Below, one piece after another: positions 12,939-24,704 of a stretch of 64,000 nucleotides of DNA (the first letter of the stretch is position 1; the number at the start of each line of letters is the position of its first letter). Position numbers and translations under genes: made by a program. Origin of the DNA: Eledone cirrhosa (lineage: Eukaryota). The notes under the pieces are model-generated. The model was not told the DNA's origin and did not search any database. It was given only the letters and a program-made list of their open reading frames with translations. Location: positions 90,210,001 through 90,274,000 of the forward strand of contig OZ024743.1 in assembly GCA_964016885.1 (NCBI GenBank). The letters run 5' to 3'.

Positions 12939-14314
12939 AGCATATTTCCAATGCTCTTTATGATGTACTGTAAGTTATTATGGATAGAACTGCCAGGAAT
13001 TTCACAGTATTTCACAGTACCAATGACAAACTCCAATTTCTTTACAAATATCTTGGATATAATCTTTAACTAAAAGGATACCAAACATGTTAACAACTAC
13101 ATTACCATATCTTTAATGAAAAACATTGTCTGTGGTTTTCACCTCATTTTGAAAATAATCAAGAATTTAGGAGAATTAATTAATATGGTTTCTCATTTAG
13201 GCACAAGACCAGCAATTTTGGAGGAGGGAAAATTTATTTTATCAATCCCACAAGGATGAAAGGCAAAACTAATCTTGGCGAGATTTTAAATCAGAATGTA
13301 AAGGGCCATAACTCTATGGGAGAATTAATTAATATAAATACAAACAGTTATGTATCCTATAACCAGATGTGGTTTCAGGGCATTCAGTATGGAAATATTT
13401 AACCCTTCAGCATTTAAACCGGCTGTATCTGCCCTGAATTCTCTCACCTCTTTCTGTTCAAACCAGTCATAATCGGCTGCTCATACTGATGTTAAGGTAT
13501 TGTTCTCAAAATAAATAGTATCAAATTCTCATAGATTCGATATTATGTTAGATAATTATGTGAGATAAAGTGTTTATGGTGAAAATAGAATAGTATATAT
13601 AGAGTAATGTAAATGTTAATTGGCAGTATCAGTAGAGGGTTAGACACCATGCTTTCTAGCATAGTTACGTCCCTTTACGGTTTAAGTTCAAATCCCGTCG
13701 AGTTCAAATCCCGTCGAGGTTAACTTTGCCTTTCATCCTTACGGGGTCGATAAAATAAAGTACCAGTAATGTACTGGCTAATTGCTGGCCTTGTGCCAAA
13801 AGTAGAATCAATTATTTTTTAATGGTTAATATTTATTCTGTTCATTGTATTAGAAAATCATAAAAGAAAGTTAGGGCAACAAATTAGCAGAGTTGTTAGA
13901 ACATCGGATAGTGTGCTTTGTGGTATTTGTTCTGGTTCTCTGCTAAGTTCAAATCCTGCTGAAGTCAACTTTGCCTTTCATCAATTCGAGGTTGATAGAA
14001 AATTGTACTGGGGTCAATTCTTCCTCTGTATCTTTTTCTCACTTCCATTCTCTCACTCTCTCTATCCTTCTTTGGAAGAAATCTGCTGTACTCAAGCCTG
14101 GAGAGAATTGGGTTCTGCAAGCTAGAAATGCCCAAGAAATGCCATATATCAATATAGCACCCCAACGACTCTATCAGTGTGTAAAATATTCAAACAAAAT
14201 ATGAATGACCATTCAATATGTATAAGCAGAGTATAAAGTTTATTTTTTGTGTGTGTGCACTTATATATATATATATATACACCCACATATATATCTCTTT
14301 CTCACTTCCATTCT

Positions 14315-14485
14315 CTCATTCTCTCTATCCTTCTTCATTCTCTCTATCCTTCTTCATTCTCTCTATCCTTCTTCATTCTCTCTATCCTTCTTCATTCTTT
14401 CTATCCTTCTTCATTCTCTCTATCCTTCTTCATTCTCTCTATCCTTCTTCATTCTCTCTATCCTTCTTCATTCTCTCTATCCTTC
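14315..14485. repeat. 19-bp minisatellite, about 9 copies, expanded within a SINE-associated repeat
   Basis: Unit ttcattctctctatccttc. Confidence 0.9.
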
Positions 14486-15035
14486 TCTGAAAGAAATCTG
14501 TTGTATTCAGACCTGGAGAGGAGATGGGTGCCACCAGGTTTTAAAAAGAATACCCAAGAAATGCCATATGTCAATACAGCATACAGCACCCCTATGACTC
14601 CCTCAGGAGTTACGGGACCATGCATTTAAGCAGGGTTGGATTTAGACCGGGGGGGGGGGGGGGGGGGGTGCTCTCATACACAAGAAATTAAAATACACAG
14701 CAAACCCCCAAATTTTACATATCAAAGTTAGCTTGGCGTAAGTAATTGGAATTGAAAAGTTATACATTAAATTCAAAAATTCTAACCATCCTAAAACTAA
14801 AAAGCCCCGCTGACGGCACAAATAAATTGCTACGACCGTCGCTGGTGGGGCCCTCCACATCAGGGGGCCAGGGGCAATTAGCCCCATTAAATCCGGCCTG
14901 TCATGAAAGATAAATGAAGAGAGAGAGAAAAATAGGTTGAAAGACAGTCATATATGAAGAAATAACACATAGGAATATATGAATAAAATATCATGGGACC
15001 ATATCATATGATCAAAGGAAAGTTAATCTTCTCAC

Positions 15036-15111
15036 CTGCATCATCAGTTGCAAAGTAATTGTGCAATGCAGTTGTTATACAGTTTTGTTCATCGTAATCT
15101 TTCAATTCACC
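15036..15111 (-). CDS. Anoctamin exon (76 nt)
   Basis: cttttacag|GGT...GCA G|gtgaga; encodes GELKDYDEQNCITTALHNYFATDDA; phase 0 in and 1 out, joining both neighbouring exons in frame. Confidence 0.85.
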
Positions 15112-15531
15112 CTGTAAAAGATAATTAAAATCCTTTATAAATATTAGCTCTATAAAGTTTCCATGAAAAAGTGGAGGAAAAAAAACAATTTAATCACGAG
15201 AAATAAAAAGGTGAGGAGGGGTACGATTATTCAAGAGTATTTAACTTTAAAGTAGTTCAATTAAAAGAAAAGAAAGGAAAAAAGGCTGATCATCAAATCA
15301 GATCAAGAAAACTATGTTCCTAATAGTCTTTTCATTGCTGGTACTAACTGCCAGTTGTAACTCCTGGCAGAAGTGTTGCTAGTCTTATATATATGGTGTT
15401 AGGAAGGGCATCCAGCCATAGAAACCAAGCCAGAAACAGTTCTGTATGAACAAGACATGGTCACCTGACCTGATTTGCCTTAAATGGGACAACCCATCTA
15501 ACCCATGCTAGCATGGAAAATAGACATTAAA

Positions 15532-15723
15532 TAATTGTTTCTACTATTGGCACAAGGCCAGCAATTACCCAGTGTATTATTGGTACTTTATTTTATCGAC
15601 CCCGTAAGGATGAAAGGCTAAGTTAACCTCGGTGGGATTTGAACTCAGAATGGCAAGGGCCGTAACTCTATGCATCAAAGCATGGCATCCGACCCTCTAC
15701 CGATACTGCCAATCCACCGCCTT
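15532..15723 (-). mobile_element. tRNA-derived SINE with Meta-like domain (representative copy)
   Basis: A/B boxes (TGGCAGTATCGG; GAGTTCAAATCC) then gcctttcatccttacggggtcgataaaataaagtaccag. Other copies at about 1883, 2083, 10972, 13195, 13620, 29430, 46845, 47135, 47925 and 49742. Confidence 0.88.
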
Positions 15724-16349
15724 AAATAATGATGATGATAAAGAAAAGAGCTGACCATCAGCCCACATCAAAGAAATCATGTTTCCATTGGTCTTTCTAT
15801 TGCTAATACTATCTGTTGATTGCAGCTCCTCGCAAAAGTGTCACAACTTTTCCAATGACATGAGGTGAGATTTGAACTCAGAATGCACTAGCTGGAACAA
15901 ATACTGAAATTCTACTTATCCCCTGCCTCTGGTCGGCAACTTTATTTATTGACCATAAAAGAATTAAAAACAAGGTTGACCATGGAAGCATTTGAATTCA
16001 GAGCACAGAAAGTTGGAACAATGCCATATGGCATTCTTTCCAATGCTCTAACTCCTAATGGAATAGCAAACTTTAGATTATATCTATCTGTCTACTCTTG
16101 GGTCTCAAATAATCGTCGTCATCACCCCTCACCCACCCTCCGCTTATTAATTTTTCCATCACCCCTTCCCTCTCAAAATAGAGAAATATTCGTATTTAGA
16201 GAAGAATGTTTACATTCTAATTATGTTTTAACAAAGTTATTGAAACTTTTAACAGATCCCCTCCTAGTACTACCTTTGAAGAGCCCCAAAGCTCCCCAGA
16301 CCCAAGGTTAGGAACCACTGGTATACTCCCAGAATATCATAGACTTTAA

Positions 16350-16700
16350 CTCTTTCATGGCCGTATTTCTAATGAAATACACTCTATTTCAATTCATTAA
16401 TGAGGAATTCTGAGGGATTTACTAAAATTATTAATTATTTCATTACTAAAATAGTAACTTAACATAAGGTTCTTATATAAAATTATGTTGGAAGATTTTA
16501 ATTTAAATAGGAACATTTTAAATTGGGTAGCTTTGTTTTGTAGAACCAGAGCCAGTTTTGGGCAGGTTGACATATTAACTTAACATATGCTTCTCGTAAA
16601 ATTATGTAGGAAGATTTTTATTTAAATAGGAACCCTTTAAAATGGGTGGGTTTGTTTCACAGAACCAGAGCTGGTTTTGGTCAGGTTGATAATGAAAGTG
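16350..16700. mobile_element. TTAA-flanked (piggyBac-like) MITE with an internal about 120-bp duplication
   Basis: TTAA|ctctttcat...atgaaagtg|TTAA. Confidence 0.55.
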
Positions 16701-16764
16701 TTAAGACATCTTATACAATAAAAAAAAACACAATAAGTATGAATTGAAAGCTGCAATAATTTAC

Positions 16765-17166
16765 CTGACTTAGAGGCATCTGTAATCGCACCTTCTCAGC
16801 TTCAACACACAGCCTTTTGAATGAACATTTGATAATTTTATACACATTGCCATTATATATTTCCTTCTCAATTTGAAAGCCTTCTTCTAAGAGTTTGCTT
16901 TCAAATTTCTGTCGACAGTCATCATTGCCATTAACTTCTTCTATCTCAGGATGAACAAGAATATAATCAATAAATTTCTTTTCAGGAACAAACTTGTCAC
17001 CTAACTTGGAATATTCCAGCTCAAATGAACTCAACCGTTTCACATATTTTGGTTTGACAATTTTCTTAAGAGGACGTTTTTTCTTCACTTTGTTGACAAA
17101 CTTTAGACCAAGACGTGTCGTATTGATGTCAGGCAGATGATCTTCCATTTTTAATATATTCTTTTC
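16765..17166 (-). CDS. Anoctamin (TMEM16) exon, N-terminal cytoplasmic/dimerisation region
   Basis: Acceptor ttctctccag| and donor |gtaaat; 402 nt, phase 0/0. Encodes EKNILKMEDH...IDYILVH...RQKFESKLLEEGFQIEKE...FKRLCVEAEKVRLQMPLSQ, matching the anoctamin IDYVL / R..FE..L...G..IE / L...AE...L.MPL pattern. The start codon may be the internal MEDH. Confidence 0.9.
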
Positions 17167-17738
17167 CTGGAGAGAAACAAAACTATTCATGTAAATACAG
17201 GTGTAAATAATTGGCTGTAAGGAGCAGTTCAGGTAGAAAAGTTAACTAGAAAAGTGTGATTCAATACCAACAATCTATTTACTATCAGTATAAGCCAGCT
17301 GTCAAGAGGTTCTGGCAATGACAACTATGTATACAACAAACAATAACACAAGTACACACAGAAAACCCTGTTATTAACATTTCTTTACAACCACTCTGAC
17401 ATATATCTGTGTGTGTATGTGTGAAAGAGTGTGGGAGTGTGTGTGTGTGAGTGTGTGTATGTGTACATGTGTGAGTGTGTGTACATATGTACACACGTGT
17501 GAGAGTGTGTGAGCGTGTGTGTGTATGAGAGAGAGTGTGTGAATGTTTGTATGTATGTGTGCATATAAGTTAAATCTAGCCATATGTAGGAATGCATATG
17601 TGAGTATATGTGTGTGTATGTGTGTGTGTGTATGTGTGTGTGTGTGTGAGTGAGTGTGCATATAAGTTAAATCTAGTTATGTGTGTGCATGTGTATGTGC
17701 ATGTGTTTGTTCATGTGTGTGTGCATGTGTTTGTGAAT

Positions 17739-17815
<77 letters not shown>

Positions 17816-18038
17816 CATGTGTATATACATGTATGAATGTATGTATGCATATACGTGTATGTGTGTGTGTGTATGGATGGATGTATGTATGTATGTGTGT
17901 ATATGTATGGATATATGTATATCCAACCCTTGCTAGCAGGGAAAGCAGAATAAATTATGATAGTGATGATGATGTGTATATATGTGTATGTACTTATGTA
18001 CATATGTATGCATGTACATACATATGCATGTGTATATA

Positions 18039-18116
<78 letters not shown>

Positions 18117-18648
18117 TATATGTACATATATATGTATGAATATACATATATACATGTGTATGTATATGTATATATGAATATATGTACATATATATGTATG
18201 AATATACATATATACATGTGTATGTATATGTATGTATATGTTTATATGTATATATGTATGTATGTAAATATGTATGTTTATATATATGTGTGTTTCTATG
18301 TATATATGTAAGTATGTGTGTATAACTGTTTTACCATCTGTAATGGAAGAGGTGGGATATTCCAGCATGGTGCCAGAGAAATGGCTGACTAAACATGTTT
18401 AGGCTTATAACATCATAAATATGATGAGATTGAAATGTTGATAGGTCCTCGCTTTAAACTGAAAAACCTGAAAAAACCATTCAACTAGAATCTAAAGGAT
18501 GTTGGCTTTACTTCTGTTCATCGCATTCACTGATGTTTTGTACACATTTTCTACTTCTGTAATAACGATGTGTTCATTATACATACATATATACTCAGGC
18601 ATACATACATACATACAAACATACATACACATATAAATACATATGTGC

Positions 18649-18683
<35 letters not shown>

Positions 18684-18789
18684 CATGCATACATACACAC
18701 ATACACACATACATATATACATACATACATGCATACATACATACATATGCATACATACATACACATGCATACATACCTACATATGTATA

Positions 18790-20290
18790 ATGAACATCTA
18801 TGCCAAGAACATAAATGGGATGAAGAAAAATCTTGACATGGTTACAACATTCTCAATGTATGTCGGAATGGAGTTTGGCCAAGATAAATGTTCATATATG
18901 ATTGTAAAGCAGGGGAAAACTACAACCCAATCTAGCAACATTGTCATCAATGGCCTAACTGTTTCACTGATATCTGGTGAAGACTGCTACAGATACCTGG
19001 GGATAGATGAGAATATATCCTATAATGGTATTTGTAATAAGAAATGCACCCGATTAAGAAAGATTTGGTCATCCGAACTCTCTGTGCACAATAAAACAGT
19101 GGCTCACAATGTGTTTGCTGTGCCTGCCCTAACATTAACGTTTGGAATACTCAATTGGACGATAGACGAAATCCAAGCAATTGATGTTAAAACTCGAAAA
19201 ATTCTAAACAACACCGGAAACTTCCACATCAACAATGACATAGACCGCCTTTACTTGAAACGTAAGGCAGAGGGCTTACATCAGTCCAGACAGCATTTGA
19301 ATATTGCATCATATCCCTCCGACAACATTTACGAACTTCCAAATGTAGGAACCTATCTATTGAGCACGGTGTCTGCATGAAACAGATAGGATCATGAGAG
19401 TTGCGAAGGAACTCTTTGAAAGATACTTCCTGCATGATAATCAAAAACTCACACTCAAGGAAATTGCCCAGCAATACCGCAGCAAATCCATGGATGAAAA
19501 ACTGCATAAAAAGTCATGCATGGATATATTGCCAGGAAGCTCCAGAGTGAGAATAATATAGATAAGCAAAGTAGTCTATCTCGGACCAACAACCGCTATA
19601 TTGGCTCCCACTTTGAAGGATACACTTTTGCAATCCAAGAACAGGAAATCAATGCAAAATACCTGATTCACAAAAGAGATAGAGTTGCACACAAAACACC
19701 TAGATGTGACAATAAATGCAGACTCTGCAGAATTAACATCGAAGATGTTACCCATGTCATCAGCAGCTGTCCAAAGATGACATCATGGTACTATCTACCT
19801 ATGAGGCATGATGTAGTGGCCAAAACACTGTACAATGTAATCTGTAGAAAAGATAACCCCAACAATAAACACATTAAAAGCTACAGCAATATGGAAGACA
19901 TATACATACATAATATGAAAGAGAACTGATGGAATGTTCCAGTAAAAACCCCAATAAAATGCAGGCATAACAGACAAGATATAATTATATGGGACAGGGA
20001 GAAGAAAATATGCACAGTAGTGGAAGTTAGCTGCCCAGTAGATGCCAATATAATATTAAAGATCAGCGAAAAGGAGAATATCTATGCAGAACTAATGAGA
20101 AATCTGCAGATACTCCACCCTGATTATACCTTCAGATTTATACCTGTGATTATTGGGGCACTGGGGTATGTCAGTGCCTCAATACAAATCTTGAGAAGCT
20201 GGGCTTCACAGAAAGAAAACGATTAGTTAGGAAATTACAACTATAATCCATTAATGGAACAGTAACAATATATAAAACATTCCAAAAATT
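18790..20290 (+). mobile_element. R4/Dong-clade non-LTR retrotransposon fragment (RT C-terminus, CCHC knuckle, restriction-like endonuclease)
   Basis: VGMEFGQDKC, YRYLG, DIDRLYL.R, AIQEQEI, CRLC....EDVTHVISSC, RHD.VA, EVSCP.D, IPVIIGALG; multiple frameshifts. Confidence 0.88.
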
Positions 20291-20494
20291 CTACATCTAA
20301 TAACTGCATGTACACACAAAGCATATGAACATGCACACATAACTCAAAACACACATCCACACATACAATAACATCCATACCTCTATACACATGCACACAT
20401 GCAGATATGTAGTCATATCCACCTTGTTGATGTTGTCTAAATTCCAATGAAAGAGTATGGTAAAAATTTGTGAAATTATAAAACCAGAAGAACA

Positions 20495-21020
20495 TACAGA
20501 AATTGAAGAATTAGAGGAGTTCAAAAACTGGAGTCAAAGAACCTCAAAGTAAACCTCACAAAGACCAAAGTTTTAGTAAGTAGGAAAAAGATTAGGACTC
20601 TGCTACCATCAGGGAAATGGCCATACCGAATATGCTGTAATTGAGTAGGTAGGAATTCTATATAGTGTACCTAATGTGTTCAGTGGACATACAAAAAATG
20701 TAGTGGAATCATTGATAGGTTGCCAGAGAAAGTAGACTGTGTGACAAATGCAACAATAAGGAAACACATAAAATATACTCCGTCAAATGTTCAGAAGGTT
20801 CACTAGAAATAGTAAATAATGTTTATCTGACTAAGTGACCTCTTTAGCAGTGGAGGTGAAGATACCAAAAGTGTTGTAAGTAAAGTGACAACTGGGTGGA
20901 CAAAGTTCAAGGAACTGTTACCTCTGTTAGCAACAAAGGGCTTTTCTGATATGTGTATGATACGTGTATTAAAAGTGATATGTTTCGTAGTAGCAAGATG
21001 TGGGCCATGAAAGCAGAATA
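20495..21020 (+). mobile_element. Degenerate RTE fragment
   Basis: KVNLTKTKVLV..GKWP..WTKFKELLPLLATKG remnants with stops. Confidence 0.75.
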
Positions 21021-22696
21021 TTGCGATGATTAGGATTAAAAATAAATTAAGTATGTCATGATAAAATGTACCCAGTACACTTTGCAAGCAATTGACATTA
21101 GGAAGGACATCCAGTAATACAAAACATTGCCAAAATACGAAACATATTAGCAAGACATGACTCTCTGATCCATCTAGTCACTGACTATGATAATCTGTCA
21201 AACCCATGCTAGCATGGAGAGCAGACATAAAATGATGATGCTTATCTCTCTCTCTATATATATATATATGTTAGATGCATAACATTAGTATGCATGAAAG
21301 TGAAGGCATGTGGTTTAGGGATTAGTATGCTCAGCTTACAATCATATAAGTCATGTGTTCAATTCCCAGATCAGGTGGCATGTTGTGTCCTTGATCTAGA
21401 TACTTTATCTCATGCTGCTCCAGTCCACTCAGTTAGCAAAAATTAATTGTACCTGTAATTCAAGTGACCAGCCTTGTCACACATTATGCCACACTGAATC
21501 TCCCTGAGAACTATATCAAAGAAGCATAAGTCTCTGGAATACTCAACCACATTCTTTCTTGGAAATAACAGTGCTCTAACAACAGCAAGCATGATTGACA
21601 AAGCATAAATAAACTGAGAGAAAAAGTGAATATAAGAGGAATTGGATGTAGTGCACCAGAGAGAGATGAGTGTGCGTGAGTGTGTGTGTACATAATGTAA
21701 AAACCTTTTATTTGTGTTGGTATTTAGGGAGCAGCTGGGTTTAACTAAATCTTCAGGGTTTTTTTCATAATAGATGTTGAAAGGAGGGTGTAAGGTTTGT
21801 TTGTTTGCTTCTCCATTGGGCTTGTTTTTGCTGTGTATATATACATCAAGAGACAGAGTACAGCAGCACTTTCAGTAAACAAGCATATTTATCCCTAGTA
21901 TAAGTACATATTTTGTTAAAGGTAACATAAGATACAAGCCACTTAACTTCTGCTAGAGTTGTAGGGGTGCAGTTCTGACATATGCAGGGCCGGATTTAAT
22001 GGAGGGCTATATATATATATATCAAGCCAGAATCAGTTCCCATCCCACCCTTGCAAGCAGGGAAAAGCGGACGTAAAATGATGATGATATAGTCCTATCA
22101 TCTCATTTCTACAGCTGAGTAAACTGGAGCAATGTGAAATAAAGTGTCTTGCTCAAGGAAACAACACATCACTCGGTCTGAGAATTGAACTCACAACCTT
22201 TCGATTGCAAACCCAGTGGTTAGAGTATTGGCCTTGCAATCGAAAGGTTGTGAGTTCAATTCTCAGACCGGGTGGTGTGTTGTTTCCTTGAGCAAGACAC
22301 TTTATTTCACATTGCTCCAGTTTACTCAGCTGTAGAAATGAGATGATAGGACTGGAGTCCCTATCATTCCACTGCAAAGTGGTCGTGGAGGTGCCACGGC
22401 AAAAAAAAAGCACCCAGCCCACACTGTAAAGTGGACGTGTAGGCGCCACGGGAAAAAAGCACCCAGCACTCACTGTAAATGAGGTTGGTTTTAGGAAGGG
22501 CATCCAGCTGTAGAAATCAAGCCAGAATCAGTTCCCGTCCCACCCTTGCAAGCAGGGAAAAGCGGACGTAAAATGATGATGATGATGATATGTAATAATT
22601 TACTTCTGCATTCACAGATTGATTTTTTTAGTTTCAGAAGATCTCGTTAAGGGTGAGAGCAGCGATTCTTTGCTTAAACTTCAATCTGTTATTTTA

Positions 22697-22735
<39 letters not shown>

Positions 22736-23288
22736 ATATGTCAGGTCACTCTCGAGTGCTACTGGTAACATGTAACTCAGTACAACCTGTCTCATGGTTA
22801 GGTTGTTGGTGACTAAACTGGCAACCCCACCAAGCTTGCTTGGTGGGAAGGGTGATATTTGGACACCCTGCGGGATGAAATACAAGACCCGGCAAAGGGC
22901 GAAGGAACTCAGCAGAGTCAACAGCCACCCAAATAGTACTTTTTTTTTCTCCACCTGGGAGTGAAAGGCCCCCAGTTGTTGTCATAACACCTTTCTAGGA
23001 GAGGGAAACTCTGAAAAAACCCTGCGGCTTCGGAAACATCCAGCAATGTTAACCAGTTCTCCTTTTCGGGTAGTGTTTTAGATGCTCAGAGAGTGGGATT
23101 GGTCGAGTGCAAGGCCTTTCCCCACTTAAAAAACCTTCAAAGCACAGGCATTGCTTGTTCAGGCTCTGTTACAGGTTTGTGTGGCTGGCCGTAACCTTAA
23201 AGGTGCACCATTTTATGTAATCTGACAAACAATTACAATACTATTAGGAGAGTTTGCAGCCACCATATATATATATATATAGATATAT

Positions 23289-23324
<36 letters not shown>

Positions 23325-23332
<8 letters not shown>

Positions 23333-23593
23333 AAATCAAAAGATGGTTAAAAGAGATCCATGTATTTTATTAAGCACATTTCAAAAACAAAATATCATCA
23401 TGGGATATTTGTGTTCTCATCAGATAAAATAGGGAGACATGATATGAAGCTTAAAAAACACTTGCGCACAGTGAAGTGTCAAATCAACATATGTTGATTT
23501 GACACAAATATCATCCCATGATGATATTTGTTTTTGAAATGCGCATAATAAAATACATGGAACTCTTTTAACCATCTTTTGATTTTATATTAT
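23325..23593. repeat. Inverted repeat element carrying a hammerhead, between (TA)n tracts
   Basis: 23325-23413 is approximately the reverse complement of 23502-23593. Confidence 0.85.
23364..23430 (-). ncRNA. Hammerhead ribozyme with a degenerate stem III
   Basis: AUUUUAU CUGAUGA gaacacaaauauc..gauauuuuguuuuu GAAA ugugcu UA AUAAAAU. The inverted partial copy near 23536 keeps GAAA UGCGCA UA. Confidence 0.6.
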
Positions 23594-24532
23594 TTATACT
23601 CCAGTCCTATAAACTGTTGAGTGCTACTTATCCGATATTTGCATTGCTTTATTGTACTACAATAAAACTCACCCCTTACATATATATATATATACATATG
23701 AGATGCAAGAAAAACCACTAACCCTCCATCTCAATTCTACTTTCGAAAAACATAAGAACTGTGAAGCTGGTAAAGGAAACAAATAAATATTCTTTAAAAG
23801 ATTCCAGTTGCATTTTCAATTTCTTTTCCTTATACTTTTACTCGTGTAGGACACCTTATATATACACATATATACATATATATATCGAGAAAGATATACA
23901 TATACACACATGCATACATCTGACTCAAGAGGTGAGAAGACAAATTTGAGTCTAATGCAGTGAAATGCATTCCTTAAAAGGAATCAAGCATTGAGGCTGA
24001 AGGAGACAACTGACTGGAAGTCATAATAGCAGACACACCTCATTTAATGCTGCTGTGCAAGAGTTTTAACACCTAGATCAGTGGGTGGCCCTGAGCAGCT
24101 CTGGAGTTATGGAGCTAGGGAGCCAAAGACATTGATTCCTCCATTCAGAGACCCAGCAGCTCCCTTAACACACATATGTATTGACCCCAAGTATAAGTAC
24201 ATATTTTGTTTCACCAATTATATATTAAGTCCTTTGTACTTTCTAACAAGGGATTAGCTTAAGGGGTGTAATAAAGTTCCTTGGTTATGTGATGAGGACA
24301 GGTGAAGGACTGGGGCTAGATTTCAGCAGCTTGAGGTTTTAATCATTATATTATCTCATTTATGTCAATGATGATGATGGTGGTGTTGATGAAGATGCTG
24401 TTGATGATGATGATGGTGGTGGTGGTGGTGGTGGTGGTGATGATGGTGGTGGTGGTGGTGTTGGTGGTGGTAATGAGAATGATGATGATGAAGGTGATGA
24501 CGACGACAATGATGACGAAGAAGATGATTATA

Positions 24533-24566
<34 letters not shown>

Positions 24567-24704
24567 TTGATTAATTAGTAGTATGTGTGTGTTAAAGTTC
24601 TGGCTGAGTGAACACTGCAGTAATAAGGTTCACTCATTGAGTTGTCAGTAAGTTTTGTGGAATAAGATACAACTACAACACAGAGACTGTTTAATGAATG
24701 TCAG

